The notes beneath the pieces are model-generated. The model ran no database searches and was not told where the DNA came from. It saw only the letters and a list, made by a program, of their open reading frames with translations. Shown here piece by piece: positions 45,915 through 56,071 of a DNA stretch of 64,000 bases. Made by a program: the position numbers and the translations under genes. Source of the DNA: a virus (lineage: Duplodnaviria; Caudoviricetes); the IMG/VR virus record IMGVR_UViG_3300026549_000045, positions 1 through 64,000 of that record; one strand, 5' to 3'. How positions within the stretch are numbered: the stretch's first letter is position 1; each line of letters begins with the position of its first letter.

Positions 45915-47630
45915 ATGGCAGGACTACACGACATCGACAAAAAGGACTGGGAGAGGCTGTTGAAAGACAACGGATTCCAATTCGAGCGGGCGGGTAAGCA
46001 CCATATCTGGAAGCATGAGGACGGCAGGATTATACCTGTGCCTATGGGTCCTAAGATAAGTGCTCCTGTAGCCCGCAGGATGGTGAAGGAGAACAAGCTG
46101 GAGGGTGCCCCCTTCGGATGGAGCGACCTGTGGAAGAACGCCGATGCAAAGGCTCAGGCTATTGAGCAGCAGCGCAAGGAAGAAGAGGAGCGCCGCCTGC
46201 AGGAAAAGGCAGAGCGAGAAGCCAAGGAGCGTGAGGCAGAAGAGCGTCGCCAGAAGGAGGCCGAGCGTCTGAGGAAAAGAGCCGAGGATGCCCGCCGTGA
46301 GAAGGAACAGCGTCAGATAGCAGCTGATGCCGCCAACCGCGAAGCATTGGAGAAAGCCAAGGCTGCACTTGCGGATACTGACGAACAGCAGCCTACAGCA
46401 TCGACAATCCCCACCACTACACCTGTGGCAAAAGCAGCACCAGTTGCCAAGCCTACTGAAACATCAAGCAATTTAACCCCTAAAGCAGTGATTTATATGA
46501 ACGAAAAAAGATTGGAGAACTTCCACGAATACCTCTGTGCGGTCGTGGACTACTATCACAAGAACGGCAAGATCCTAAAGAATTTCTCTTTCCTTGCCAA
46601 GCAGTACAGGGTGAAAGGTATCACCCAAGAAATCTTTAAGAAATACAAGTTGGGCGACCTGAAACCCGGAGAGAAACCCTCACGCAAGCTGTCGGACACC
46701 ATCCGTTTGGAAATGGCCGAGCAGGACATGAAGGCCAGAGAACAGATGCTGGCAGCCTACCAGAAGTCGCAGGACGAAAAGGAGGCCGAACAGCAGCAGG
46801 AGCCTGAGCACGAGCAGACACTGGAGGAACGTATCGACACCTTCGAGGCACGCTTTGACCTGCTTGGCCCTATGTTCGCACAAATAAGCAGTCAGCTGGC
46901 CGAAAGCTACAAGAAGAATTTCGGTCCTCACGCCGACGATTTGCTGGGTAAGGACACATGGCAGGTGCGTCTTTCTCCAGAGCCTTATCTGAACGAGTGG
47001 GCAAACAATGTGGAGTTTGACCTGACAAGGATTGTGTTTGACAATGCCGAACCCGAAGAGGTGAAGATGCTGTTGCCAAAGTGGAACGACAAGATTCTCC
47101 ATGCCTACCTGACGTGGCTCTATGGCGGCAAGGACGGTACGCAGATTAAGCTGGACTTCGACGAGCGCGGCAAGGCTGACTCACAGAACGATGCTCTGAT
47201 AGACCTGTTGCGCGACCAGGGCTTGCTCGACCAGATGATGTTTGTGAAGATAGAGTCGTGGAAAGGCAATGCCCATTGTGTAGCCGTCTATAAGGATGCA
47301 CCCGACATTCTGATGGTCATTGGTGAGGGCGCAACGGACTTCTACACCGTAGCCGATGATATCTGGTACTCTTATTGTGGCGATACGGTACTCTGTCCAG
47401 AGCGTAACTTCAGCTTCGGTGGCTGGGGAACACGTAGCATGGTAGGCTTCTGCCTGCGCCAGATGCTCTCTGAGGATAATCACAAGGCAGCCTTGAAGGA
47501 GCAGCAGAATGTGAGCAAGCAGATGCACGGCAAGCTGATGGACGACATCAATAACTACCGCGACATCTGGCAGATGTATCACGACGACTTCAACAAGCAG
47601 CAGCGTAAGAACATGGTTGATTTTGGATAA
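45915..47630 (+). CDS. HicA-like domain fused to a coiled coil and an unknown C-terminal domain
   Basis: WERLLKDNGFQFERAGKHHIWKHEDGRIIPVP. Confidence 0.7.
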   Translation: MAGLHDIDKKDWERLLKDNGFQFERAGKHHIWKHEDGRIIPVPMGPKISAPVARRMVKENKLEGAPFGWSDLWKNADAKAQAIEQQRKEEEERRLQEKAEREAKEREAEERRQKEAERLRKRAEDARREKEQRQIAADAANREALEKAKAALADTDEQQPTASTIPTTTPVAKAAPVAKPTETSSNLTPKAVIYMNEKRLENFHEYLCAVVDYYHKNGKILKNFSFLAKQYRVKGITQEIFKKYKLGDLKPGEKPSRKLSDTIRLEMAEQDMKAREQMLAAYQKSQDEKEAEQQQEPEHEQTLEERIDTFEARFDLLGPMFAQISSQLAESYKKNFGPHADDLLGKDTWQVRLSPEPYLNEWANNVEFDLTRIVFDNAEPEEVKMLLPKWNDKILHAYLTWLYGGKDGTQIKLDFDERGKADSQNDALIDLLRDQGLLDQMMFVKIESWKGNAHCVAVYKDAPDILMVIGEGATDFYTVADDIWYSYCGDTVLCPERNFSFGGWGTRSMVGFCLRQMLSEDNHKAALKEQQNVSKQMHGKLMDDINNYRDIWQMYHDDFNKQQRKNMVDFG

Positions 47631-47642
47631 AGGAGTACGGCT

Positions 47643-48401
47643 ATGGGAGGATTGAAGAAATTCGTGTTGCAGGGTATGCAAACAGATGTAGAGACCATCG
47701 AGGCGAGGGTGAAGCGCTTGAAGAGCGCCATCCTCCCCGGTGTGATACATACTTCGCTCGACCTGTACTATAACGACCTGAAGGGCGAGAGCGAGGCTTA
47801 TACCGCCCGACTGGAACTATGGCAGGAAGATACCGTCAGCTATCGCACCATACATGCCCGCTGTGGTTCTTTCGATGAAGCGCTGAAGAAGATACAGGAG
47901 TACGAGGCATGTCTGATTGCAGGTAAGAAGACGGATGGTTTTGAGGTTTATAATGGTAAGAAACGTTACGAGGAAGAACTCAGCGACGAGCCAGATACGA
48001 ACGGCCCCTTCGAGACAAGGGCTGAGTTTACCACATGGACGGATGTACTGAACAAGCACATGAGATCCGACAAGAATGGAGAAATCAGCGACGAACCGCG
48101 TACTGTCGCCGAACTGCCTCGTCTGAGTCACGGCATGGCGGTAGTGGTGCCTATCCCCCAAAAGGACGGAAAGATTCGCTGGTACATCGACTGGTTTGAC
48201 TATGCCATTTATAAAAAGGACACAAAGGATGTCTGTTTCGTCTGCATCCACGACGAGCACGATGGAATCTTTCCGCTTGATCCATACATCAGCCATGCCC
48301 TTAATGTAGGACACCCGGTACCACAAGCCTATACGCTGTGGTTGAAGAAGACCATCGGTGACATCAAGGCTACATTAAAAAATAATAAGGAGTATAGATA
48401 A
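47643..48401 (+). CDS. Hypothetical protein
   Basis: Packed ORF. Confidence 0.75.
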   Translation: MGGLKKFVLQGMQTDVETIEARVKRLKSAILPGVIHTSLDLYYNDLKGESEAYTARLELWQEDTVSYRTIHARCGSFDEALKKIQEYEACLIAGKKTDGFEVYNGKKRYEEELSDEPDTNGPFETRAEFTTWTDVLNKHMRSDKNGEISDEPRTVAELPRLSHGMAVVVPIPQKDGKIRWYIDWFDYAIYKKDTKDVCFVCIHDEHDGIFPLDPYISHALNVGHPVPQAYTLWLKKTIGDIKATLKNNKEYR

Positions 48402-48418
48402 ACATTAAAAGAAAAATT

Positions 48419-48976
48419 ATGGAACAGAACAAGATTCAAGAAGCTGCCAGACAGTTGGCAGAACGCAGTAAGAACCCTGTAGGCAACAAGTCAGAAGGAC
48501 GCAAGGGTTGTCTCGTAGTAATAGACGGCAAGCCACCCGTGGGCGACAATACCACGCTGATGCTATATACTGTAAAATTCCGTGCCGTTGACGAGAAGAA
48601 GCCTACCGCCTATTTCTCACTTGAAGAGTCAAACCAGCAGGTGGTCAATCGGCTCATTGCCATTATTACTGGCATTGACCTACAGAAGATAACCGACGGC
48701 ACGCTGAGCGAGGACGAGTGGCTGCTGCTGGACGAGAAACTGCCTATGCTGATAGATGCTCCGCTCTACATCGACGACACCCCTGCCCTATCGTTGGCCA
48801 ACCTGAAGCGTCGCGTGACAAACCTCGCAAAAGACAACGGCGTGCGCCTGGTGGTAGTGAACCATCTGAACGAGCTGACCGACGACGGAACGCCTACCAA
48901 TGCTCACCGTATCGAGGCCAACCTGAAATCTATTGCCGAAGAGCTGGGTATCACCATTATTGCTGTACAGGACTAA
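48419..48976 (+). CDS. Truncated, degenerate DnaB-like helicase C-terminal domain
   Basis: YFSLEES..QVVNRL, APLYIDDTPALS, GVRLVVVNHL, LKSIAEELGITIIAVQ; Walker A is degenerate. Confidence 0.8.
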   Translation: MEQNKIQEAARQLAERSKNPVGNKSEGRKGCLVVIDGKPPVGDNTTLMLYTVKFRAVDEKKPTAYFSLEESNQQVVNRLIAIITGIDLQKITDGTLSEDEWLLLDEKLPMLIDAPLYIDDTPALSLANLKRRVTNLAKDNGVRLVVVNHLNELTDDGTPTNAHRIEANLKSIAEELGITIIAVQD

Positions 48977-48982
48977 TACATT

Positions 48983-49444
48983 ATGACCGAACAACAATTC
49001 CTGCAGCAAGTGTGGCGCCCATACGACAGTATTACCACCGACACGGGCATCAAGGGTCGCGTACAAAATGTATGCTTCCCTACCCGCTCGGTGCGGATCA
49101 AGATGCCAGACGGCCTGCCTGAGTGGTTCCGTTGTGAACAGATTGTTACCCATACTTCTGCCAGCGGTGAGACTACAGACCTTGATATCATCAGGGAGCA
49201 GCAGCAAATCATTAAGAACCTCGAAGCGCAGAACGCCCGTATATCAGAGGCAAAGCGCAATACAGAGGAGAAGCTGCATGAGGTGCGACAGAAACTTGAA
49301 GAGCGGATGCGTACTCCCGTAACCGCTGACCTGTTGAAGCAACTCAATGTCATCCTAAACCTGGTTCGCGAGAAGAAAGCAAGAGCCGAGAAACTGGAGG
49401 ACTGTATGGAGCAAGTGAGTGAGTTCTTAGAGAAAATGAAATAA
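48983..49444 (+). CDS. Hypothetical coiled-coil protein
   Basis: Packed ORF. Confidence 0.7.
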   Translation: MTEQQFLQQVWRPYDSITTDTGIKGRVQNVCFPTRSVRIKMPDGLPEWFRCEQIVTHTSASGETTDLDIIREQQQIIKNLEAQNARISEAKRNTEEKLHEVRQKLEERMRTPVTADLLKQLNVILNLVREKKARAEKLEDCMEQVSEFLEKMK

Positions 49445-49452
49445 GACGAATT

Positions 49453-50037
49453 ATGATAGAGATACCGAAATATTCCATTGGAACCTTTAATCCGAATGCG
49501 CTGGAAGATAACCGTCGCACGGATTTCACACGCCGCATACCAACGGGCCTTTCAGACAAGCAGATGGCACGCGACTCAAAGATTGCCATGCAGATTATCC
49601 GTGCAGCAGAAGGCGGTACCGACGGTGGTGGAGAACAGCGTGTACTTGATTTGTTCTTCCGCAAGGCAAAGTTGCTGAGCAACCCACGCTATTGGGAGTT
49701 GATGCGCACGGTGTGGGTAGCCGCTGGTTCTACTGAGACGGCACAGAAGTTCCGAACACTGATGAAGTCTGGTCGTCCCTGCCGCTCATGGTTTATGACA
49801 CCAGAGGATGCAGAAGCGCTCGACAAGATGGAGTTTCCGATTACCGTCTGGCGGGCCTACGATGCTGTGCGCTACCCGATGCTGGACCCCGGCATATCAT
49901 GGACGCTTGACCGAGAGTGGTGCGAAGGATATGCCAAGAGCAAAGGACGTATCGTCAAACAGCGTGAGGTTTACCGCGATGAGGTCTTTGCCTACATCAC
50001 CCGTCGCAGTGAGGAAGAGATTATTATCCTGGACTAA
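49453..50037 (+). CDS. Hypothetical protein (weak ART-like R-S-E pattern)
   Basis: ITVWRA..GISWTLD..RSEEEII. Confidence 0.6.
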   Translation: MIEIPKYSIGTFNPNALEDNRRTDFTRRIPTGLSDKQMARDSKIAMQIIRAAEGGTDGGGEQRVLDLFFRKAKLLSNPRYWELMRTVWVAAGSTETAQKFRTLMKSGRPCRSWFMTPEDAEALDKMEFPITVWRAYDAVRYPMLDPGISWTLDREWCEGYAKSKGRIVKQREVYRDEVFAYITRRSEEEIIILD

Positions 50038-50052
50038 TTCAAAACCAAAAAC

Positions 50053-50298
50053 ATGGGAGTAAAAATAAGTAAAGCTGCAAAAATGGGGGGGGGTAAATCT
50101 CCATTTGCTGGCAACGGCTTATCACGCACGGCGATGCTGTTCAAAATAGCACTGGTAGCAGGCCACAAACTGACCGTGACAGAGATGAATAAATTCAAGG
50201 ATGTAAATCCACGGAGTCTTGAACAAGTGTACAACGAAGTGGTGCGCGTCGGCGATCCAGGCAATGCACTTTTCGCACTGAAACTAATTTTAAAGTAA
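50053..50298 (+). CDS. Hypothetical protein
   Basis: Packed ORF. Confidence 0.65.
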   Translation: MGVKISKAAKMGGGKSPFAGNGLSRTAMLFKIALVAGHKLTVTEMNKFKDVNPRSLEQVYNEVVRVGDPGNALFALKLILK

Positions 50299-50490
50299 CT
50301 ATATTATGACAAAAGAAACAAAATCAGGTATGACAGGCGACATTAACATTCCAGAAATCTGGTATTCGTAAGGAAATAGGGGCGGGAGTAAGAACTCGGA
50401 TAATGGCCCGAGTGGGTTTTTGTTTTTCTTTGACCCAGCCAGCGCCGTTCCTGTCCCTTATATTTATAAAACATTAACAGATAACAAGAT

Positions 50491-51192
50491 ATGCAGAAGA
50501 TAATGTTTGAGCACCGCAGATTCGGGTTGGAACAGGCGGTGATAGACAGACTGAAAGGAATGACGCGGCGCACGGCAAAGTTGCCAGATGGACTTGAACC
50601 AAGCGACGTGTGGAATCCTGTAATGGGAATTGACAGCAAAGGCAGGGTGTATTTTACGGTGGACTGCATAGACGGTAAGCAACGCGACCTGTACCCACGA
50701 TACCAGATAGGCGAAGAAGTTGCTGTGGCGCAGAGCTATCTCGACATCAAGGGACGTAAGAAGCTCTTCGACCCAAAAGACTGGTGGGAGATAGAAGCAG
50801 CGCATAACAAGCCAATGCACGCCATCAAGGGAGTCGATAATAAAATGTATGTCAAAGCCGACCTGATGCCCCACCGCATCAAGATTACGAACATCAAGCT
50901 GGAGCGGATGCAGGACATATCGGACGAGGACTGCCGCAAGGAAGGTATCATCTATGTGAAGTGGCGACAATATCCAGAGCCGTTCAGTGATCGCTATGTT
51001 GACCACGACCTGTGGACGCTTCCTAAATACGAGCAGCAATTTACCGACGCATGGTCGGACGATGACCCTGACGCATGGGCTGCCGAAAGTCCAAAAACCG
51101 CCTTCACCGTGCTTATTCGCAAGATGTGTGGAAAGAAAGCATGGGACTCGAATCCTTGGGTATTCGTGTATCAATTTGAACTGATTAAATAA
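50491..51192 (+). CDS. ASCH/PUA-like phage protein
   Basis: IMF..AVI..KGMTRR, PRYQIGE, IKITNIKLERMQDISDEDCRKEG, WDSNPWVFVYQF. Confidence 0.75.
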   Translation: MQKIMFEHRRFGLEQAVIDRLKGMTRRTAKLPDGLEPSDVWNPVMGIDSKGRVYFTVDCIDGKQRDLYPRYQIGEEVAVAQSYLDIKGRKKLFDPKDWWEIEAAHNKPMHAIKGVDNKMYVKADLMPHRIKITNIKLERMQDISDEDCRKEGIIYVKWRQYPEPFSDRYVDHDLWTLPKYEQQFTDAWSDDDPDAWAAESPKTAFTVLIRKMCGKKAWDSNPWVFVYQFELIK

Positions 51193-51212
51193 TAATTTAA
51201 AGCTACAACATT

Positions 51213-51353
51213 ATGAAGACAAACGAAATTATTGAAAAGAAAGTCATCGCCCTGCACAAAGAGGGTTGGCAAGTACCTAACATCGCCAGCATTGCCCGTG
51301 TAAAACCAGACGTGGTAAAGCAGATATTGAGAGAGAAGAACCTGCTGATGTAA
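51213..51353 (+). CDS. 46-aa HTH-like small protein (not in the ORF track)
   Basis: MKTNEIIEKKVIALHKEGWQVPNIASIARVKPDVVKQILREKNLLM. Confidence 0.65.
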   Translation: MKTNEIIEKKVIALHKEGWQVPNIASIARVKPDVVKQILREKNLLM

Positions 51354-51361
51354 TACAGGCT

Positions 51362-51868
51362 ATGGCAAAACATGGATTAACAGTAGCAAAGGCTACTAAG
51401 GAAGAGTTCAAGCGTGTTTGGGATTGGCTTCATACAATGGAGGCGCTGTTTGACGGGCGCGGCATGTTCAGCACAGAAGAAGATTGGCGTGAGTGGGATG
51501 ACGATGAGCCTGCAAAGAAACAGCTGCTGCAGATAGAAAAGGAAGTTATCGAAAGCGATGGTGCTATGTGGGATGGAAAGGCTGATAACGATCGCGTGCT
51601 TTTCCTGTGGATGAAGCGGTCTTTTCTGAAAGCGAATAAATCAGGGAGTATAGGGCGCATACTCTTCGATTGTGAGACACTGATAGAGAATGCCTGCGAC
51701 CCGAAGTTGGACTATTTGGAGTTTAAACCCAGCATAATGTATGCTGAACGTAACGCTTTGGAGAAGGTAAATAAAATCATTAGCCGTGGCGAACTGAAAG
51801 GGCGGAACCCGCAGAAGATAATTGCATCCATCAAGAAACTGATCGAGAAATCAAAAAAGGAGGATTGA
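51362..51868 (+). CDS. Hypothetical protein
   Basis: Packed ORF. Confidence 0.7.
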   Translation: MAKHGLTVAKATKEEFKRVWDWLHTMEALFDGRGMFSTEEDWREWDDDEPAKKQLLQIEKEVIESDGAMWDGKADNDRVLFLWMKRSFLKANKSGSIGRILFDCETLIENACDPKLDYLEFKPSIMYAERNALEKVNKIISRGELKGRNPQKIIASIKKLIEKSKKED

Positions 51869-51871
51869 ACA

Positions 51872-52294
51872 ATGGCAAATGAAGTAGTTTGTAACTCGTT
51901 TCACGATACGCTGAATTGTGGTATGCGTGAAATTCATAAAATTGAGTTGGCAGCCATCGAAGATATCTTGCGCCATCATATCGAGAATCCAATAGAAGGA
52001 GAACTGACACGTGAGAAAGTAAAACGTGCTGGAGTCCGTTGTATAGTGTACGACGCTGACATGAACGGAGAGTATATGCCGGATATGAAATGGGAGGATG
52101 GCAACTTGAAATTAGAGATCACGAGTCCGCTACTTGGTATAGCACAGGGTGAATGGCTGATTGGACGTAACGGCATCCGTCGCAGGTTGACAGAGAAAGA
52201 AGAGGCATACCTGTCAAGACTGGAGCAGGAAGAATGGATGGAAGAAATGGGATTAAACAAGAATAGAGAACTGAGCAATGAAACCGATACTTGA
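51872..52294 (+). CDS. Hypothetical protein
   Basis: Packed ORF. Confidence 0.7.
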   Translation: MANEVVCNSFHDTLNCGMREIHKIELAAIEDILRHHIENPIEGELTREKVKRAGVRCIVYDADMNGEYMPDMKWEDGNLKLEITSPLLGIAQGEWLIGRNGIRRRLTEKEEAYLSRLEQEEWMEEMGLNKNRELSNETDT

Positions 52295-52784
52295 TGCCTG
52301 TTGCGGCGGTAAGATGTTCTACTTCGACAAGGACGATCCACGTGTATTGTTCCAAGATGTTCGCTGCATTGAAACGAAGTTGAAGGACAGAGGGAAACTC
52401 AGAACTTTCTCTGTTAGCCCAGATGTGCAGGCCGACTTTACGTCTATGCCGCATGCCGACAATATGTTTCGTATGGTCGTTTTTGACCCCCCCCATTTGA
52501 AATACACGGGCTCAAAGAAGGAGGCTCAGAACTGGCAGATGGTGAAGTACGGTTGGTTGCCTGCTCATGGCTGGAAGGATATCTTGCGTAAGGGATTCGC
52601 TGAGTGCTTTCGTGTATTACAGCCAGGTGGCTTCCTTATCTTTAAGTGGAACGAGACAGACATCAAAGTCTCTGAGGTGTTGGAATTGACAGAACATAAG
52701 CCAATCTTCGGTCATATCAGCGGCAAACGTGCCAACACCCATTGGATATGTTTTATGAAACCAGAAGAAAGTATTGACAAATAA
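52278..52784 (+). CDS. Phage SAM-dependent (amino-DNA) methyltransferase
   Basis: ILDACCGGKMF, VVFDPPH, ECFRVL..LIFKWNE. Confidence 0.85.
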   Translation: MKPILDACCGGKMFYFDKDDPRVLFQDVRCIETKLKDRGKLRTFSVSPDVQADFTSMPHADNMFRMVVFDPPHLKYTGSKKEAQNWQMVKYGWLPAHGWKDILRKGFAECFRVLQPGGFLIFKWNETDIKVSEVLELTEHKPIFGHISGKRANTHWICFMKPEESIDK

Positions 52785-52793
52785 ATAACGACT

Positions 52794-53162
52794 ATGCAGA
52801 CATTACAGATTATCACTACGCTAATGAGCATCATGTGTTATGGCGCGATGACATTTTTAGCCAGTTTTGCTTTCGTCAGGCTCCGCAGGCTAAGCAATGA
52901 GGTTGGCAGACTTCACCACGATGTACATACAACGCTGTGCATCACGATGGGCGAGCACATCCGCAACAACGTTGATGAACTGAACAATATGAAGGAACGC
53001 CTTGAAGAGCTGCTGGAAGATGAGCGCTTTGAGGATGCCGGAAGGTTGAAGAAAATCATCGAACATCAGGAACATCTGATAGAACAGTCAATAGCCAGAT
53101 TCAAAAATGTTTTTGGTGAGGATGCCGTGAGAGTTGAGATGACGAAGTTTAGAGTGAATTAA
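52794..53162 (+). CDS. Membrane-anchored protein with UVR-like motif
   Basis: N-terminal TM segment; LEELLEDERFEDAGRLKKII. Confidence 0.6.
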   Translation: MQTLQIITTLMSIMCYGAMTFLASFAFVRLRRLSNEVGRLHHDVHTTLCITMGEHIRNNVDELNNMKERLEELLEDERFEDAGRLKKIIEHQEHLIEQSIARFKNVFGEDAVRVEMTKFRVN

Positions 53163-53172
53163 GTTTGAAACT

Positions 53173-53655
53173 ATGGCAAAAGAATATGTAAACCATCCTG
53201 CACATTACAATCAGCATCCTGCTGGTATTGAATGTATCGACATCATCAGACATTATACCTGTGATATCGCTAATGCTATCAAATATCTGTGGAGAGCTGG
53301 GCTAAAACCTGAAATGGGGAAACAGGATGCAGAGAAAGAGATAGAAGATTTGCACAAGGCCCTATGGTATATCACGGACTATATGACAATGTGCGCAACA
53401 CTTGGCAGACAGCACCGATACTTGGGGTGCGCTGCCAGTGTGGTACTACTTCGACTGACCGGACATGGCATTGACGATGTTGTCAATGGCTACGAGGAGA
53501 ATGTGGCCACCGCAATGAGTGGACTGCTACGTATTGGTATTATCAGCGAAAATACTGTCTATGCTGTTATGGAATGGGAGTTTTGGATTGATAAAGCTCA
53601 GAAAGCCATCATACAGCGTATTGACGATATTGAGGAGCAAATGAATGAGGGCTGA
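53173..53655 (+). CDS. DUF3310-like phage protein
   Basis: VNHPAHY..IECIDII..NAIKYLWRAG.K..EDLHKALWY. Confidence 0.85.
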   Translation: MAKEYVNHPAHYNQHPAGIECIDIIRHYTCDIANAIKYLWRAGLKPEMGKQDAEKEIEDLHKALWYITDYMTMCATLGRQHRYLGCAASVVLLRLTGHGIDDVVNGYEENVATAMSGLLRIGIISENTVYAVMEWEFWIDKAQKAIIQRIDDIEEQMNEG

Positions 53656-54094
53656 ACGTATGGACGACAACTGGAAAGAACTGCCTGCAGACAAGTCGCT
53701 TATGTCTCAGCAAGAAGGTGAGCATGTACCCATTGGGAATATCATTGTCACCAGTGAGATTGACGAGAAGTTGAGAGCTGCTGCAGATGCCTATCTGAAA
53801 GAGCAACTCCCAGACTGTAAGATAAAACGCTGGATTGACGACGTGGTACTGGAACGACTGAAGGAACAGGAGAACTGGCCAAAGGGTACGGAGGTGATTA
53901 TCTACTGCCATAACGAGGATCGTGATGCGATAAAGGCCGAGGTGGAGTGCAAGGGATATAAGATTGCGGGCTATGTGTCTTGCAACGAAGACTGGTTTCT
54001 CGCTGATGCTATCAAGAAAGGACAATATGTGATGACGAAGAAGGAGGTTGTCCAATGGAATCCCAATCCAAGCACCCTCATTACGCTCGTATGA
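53645..54094 (+). CDS. Hypothetical protein
   Basis: Packed ORF. Confidence 0.7.
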   Translation: MRAERMDDNWKELPADKSLMSQQEGEHVPIGNIIVTSEIDEKLRAAADAYLKEQLPDCKIKRWIDDVVLERLKEQENWPKGTEVIIYCHNEDRDAIKAEVECKGYKIAGYVSCNEDWFLADAIKKGQYVMTKKEVVQWNPNPSTLITLV

Positions 54095-54164
54095 ACTTTT
54101 GAAAACAAAAATAAAGAAGGACTGAATATGATTAATAAGAATAACAAATAAAAGCTACAACATT

Positions 54165-54527
54165 ATGACAAAAAATGATTTCAAGAAACTGGTGCCTGAC
54201 GTAATGTGTCAGGACTTGGTAGTAACGACTGACAACCCTGCAACATTGAGCGAAAAGGCTCGTAACGTGGCCGACATGATGGAGACGGGTCTGATAGCAT
54301 ACGACTTTACTGGAACTGCAAAGGGCTACCGTCTGAAAGTGTTCACCAGTTATGCCTTTAAGACGTTTCTCGACGCATTGAAGCCAGGTGAAAAGGTGAC
54401 TAATGCGCGTGGCCGTGAGTTCACTATTGAGAGTGAGCCTTATGTTGAAAACCTCAGAATGTGTGTCCGTGCCAATGGAGACTCATGGTTTTGTGATACA
54501 ATTTACGATAAAGATAAGGAGTATTAG
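54165..54527 (+). CDS. Hypothetical protein
   Basis: ORF preceded by AAAGCTACAAC. Confidence 0.7.
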   Translation: MTKNDFKKLVPDVMCQDLVVTTDNPATLSEKARNVADMMETGLIAYDFTGTAKGYRLKVFTSYAFKTFLDALKPGEKVTNARGREFTIESEPYVENLRMCVRANGDSWFCDTIYDKDKEY

Positions 54528-54529
54528 TT

Positions 54530-54853
54530 ATGGCTTACGGAGTATGTAAAGTATGTGGATGCACAGACAAAGATCCGTGTCACAATCCTGAACACGGTAA
54601 CTGTTGGTGGGTAGACGACACGCATGAGTTATGTAGCCATTGTGCAGACCCTGAGATTGCGAACCATCCTGCCACCCAGCATCGTATTAACAGTAATGGA
54701 TTCGACCCATACCCAGGTATTGAACGTAAAGACCTTGCATCATTGGGATGTCCATACCCCGATGATGATGGTGAGATGTGTTCTGAATGTTCTCATTATA
54801 ACTCCTCCAGTGTTTTTACGGGAGAGTGTGATTTAGGAATTAAAATAGTATGA
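54530..54853 (+). CDS. Cys-rich Zn-binding small protein
   Basis: CKVCGCT..PC..CWWVD..LCSHC. Confidence 0.7.
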   Translation: MAYGVCKVCGCTDKDPCHNPEHGNCWWVDDTHELCSHCADPEIANHPATQHRINSNGFDPYPGIERKDLASLGCPYPDDDGEMCSECSHYNSSSVFTGECDLGIKIV

Positions 54854-54875
54854 TGAAAAATAAAGGCATAACATT

Positions 54876-55604
54876 ATGAGACTGAAACACATTACATTTA
54901 CCGGCATTGATGCAAAGACTGACATCAAGTCTCTACAGGAGATTCAGAAAGAGTATCCTATAGCAGAGTTCGGAGTGTTGACAAGTTACCACTGGTACGA
55001 GAATGGAAATCGCTATCCCGACTTGCGAGAAATGAAGCCTTGGCTGAAATACCACGGGCTGAACCTTGCGCTGCACCTGTGTGGCTCGGCGGCCCACGAT
55101 GCTGCCTATGGGAGTTATGACGATATCCACTTCCTGACCTATGGCATGTATCCTTACTTCCAGCGCATACAACTGAACATTGCCAACCGCAGCGACAACC
55201 CGAAGCAGGTGGCAGCTGCTGACTACGGACAGGAAATCATTGTGCAACAGCGCGACATCGAAAGCCTGACACTCTTCAATGATACGTTGGAGAAGTGGAA
55301 GCCTTATCTTGGCGATGTGTCGGTATTGCTCGACGCATCGGGCGGTCAGGGTATCGACACACCCATCAAGGTGTTGCCGAATGCAGGAAAGCCGTTCAAG
55401 GTTGGCTATGCCGGAGGCTTCAATCCCGAAAACGTAGCCGACAAGCTACACTATCTGCTGACCAACGACGAGGTGGGTGACTTCTGGATTGATATGGAGA
55501 GCGGTGTACGCACAGATGACTGGTTTGATCTGGACAAAGTGAGACGTGTGCTTGCTATTTGCAACGAAGTGATTAGAGACTTACACATTGAGGAAGACGT
55601 ATGA
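54876..55604 (+). CDS. TrpF-like TIM-barrel phage protein
   Basis: ITFTGID, LHLCG, RIQLN, LLDASGGQG, GYAGG, FWIDMESGVR. Confidence 0.75.
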   Translation: MRLKHITFTGIDAKTDIKSLQEIQKEYPIAEFGVLTSYHWYENGNRYPDLREMKPWLKYHGLNLALHLCGSAAHDAAYGSYDDIHFLTYGMYPYFQRIQLNIANRSDNPKQVAAADYGQEIIVQQRDIESLTLFNDTLEKWKPYLGDVSVLLDASGGQGIDTPIKVLPNAGKPFKVGYAGGFNPENVADKLHYLLTNDEVGDFWIDMESGVRTDDWFDLDKVRRVLAICNEVIRDLHIEEDV

Positions 55605-56071
55605 TTCTGCACAGATTTATGTCGAAGCGTGAGTACGATGCGTTGATGGCTGGTAAGCAGTTGGTGAATACCATCGACCACGGAGCACAAGGCGAGAGAT
55701 CAAGCAGCATAGGCTTCTGCTTTTTCCCGGAAGAACCAAGCGAGGCAATCCACTGGTTGTCGTTCATAGTTGATGCAGACTTTTGTGTCACAATGGAGAT
55801 ACCAGGTCATTTGGTTACGGCATCGAAGGGACGCTATCGTGATGTGGAAAAAGATAAAGGTAACGGATTGTTTGACGAGCCGCCGATGCTATGGCGAACG
55901 GAATACTGCGCTACGGAGTATAGTCTTCAACAGGTGCAAGTGCTTCACGTTACCGAAGAATACCGACTTTACGGTCGCATACCTGAGAACGCATCATTCT
56001 GGGAGCGCATCGAGCGCTGCAGACTGATTGGAGAAATGGAGAATAAACGTAGAAAGAACTGCAATGGATAA
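55601..56071 (+). CDS. Hypothetical protein
   Basis: ATGA overlap with the previous gene. Confidence 0.7.
   Translation: MILHRFMSKREYDALMAGKQLVNTIDHGAQGERSSSIGFCFFPEEPSEAIHWLSFIVDADFCVTMEIPGHLVTASKGRYRDVEKDKGNGLFDEPPMLWRTEYCATEYSLQQVQVLHVTEEYRLYGRIPENASFWERIERCRLIGEMENKRRKNCNG

Noticed and set aside
50306-50430. Leader peptide plus attenuator
   Set aside because: A 21-codon ORF and a hairpin/T-tract are present, but there are no regulatory codon runs or alternative antiterminator evidence.
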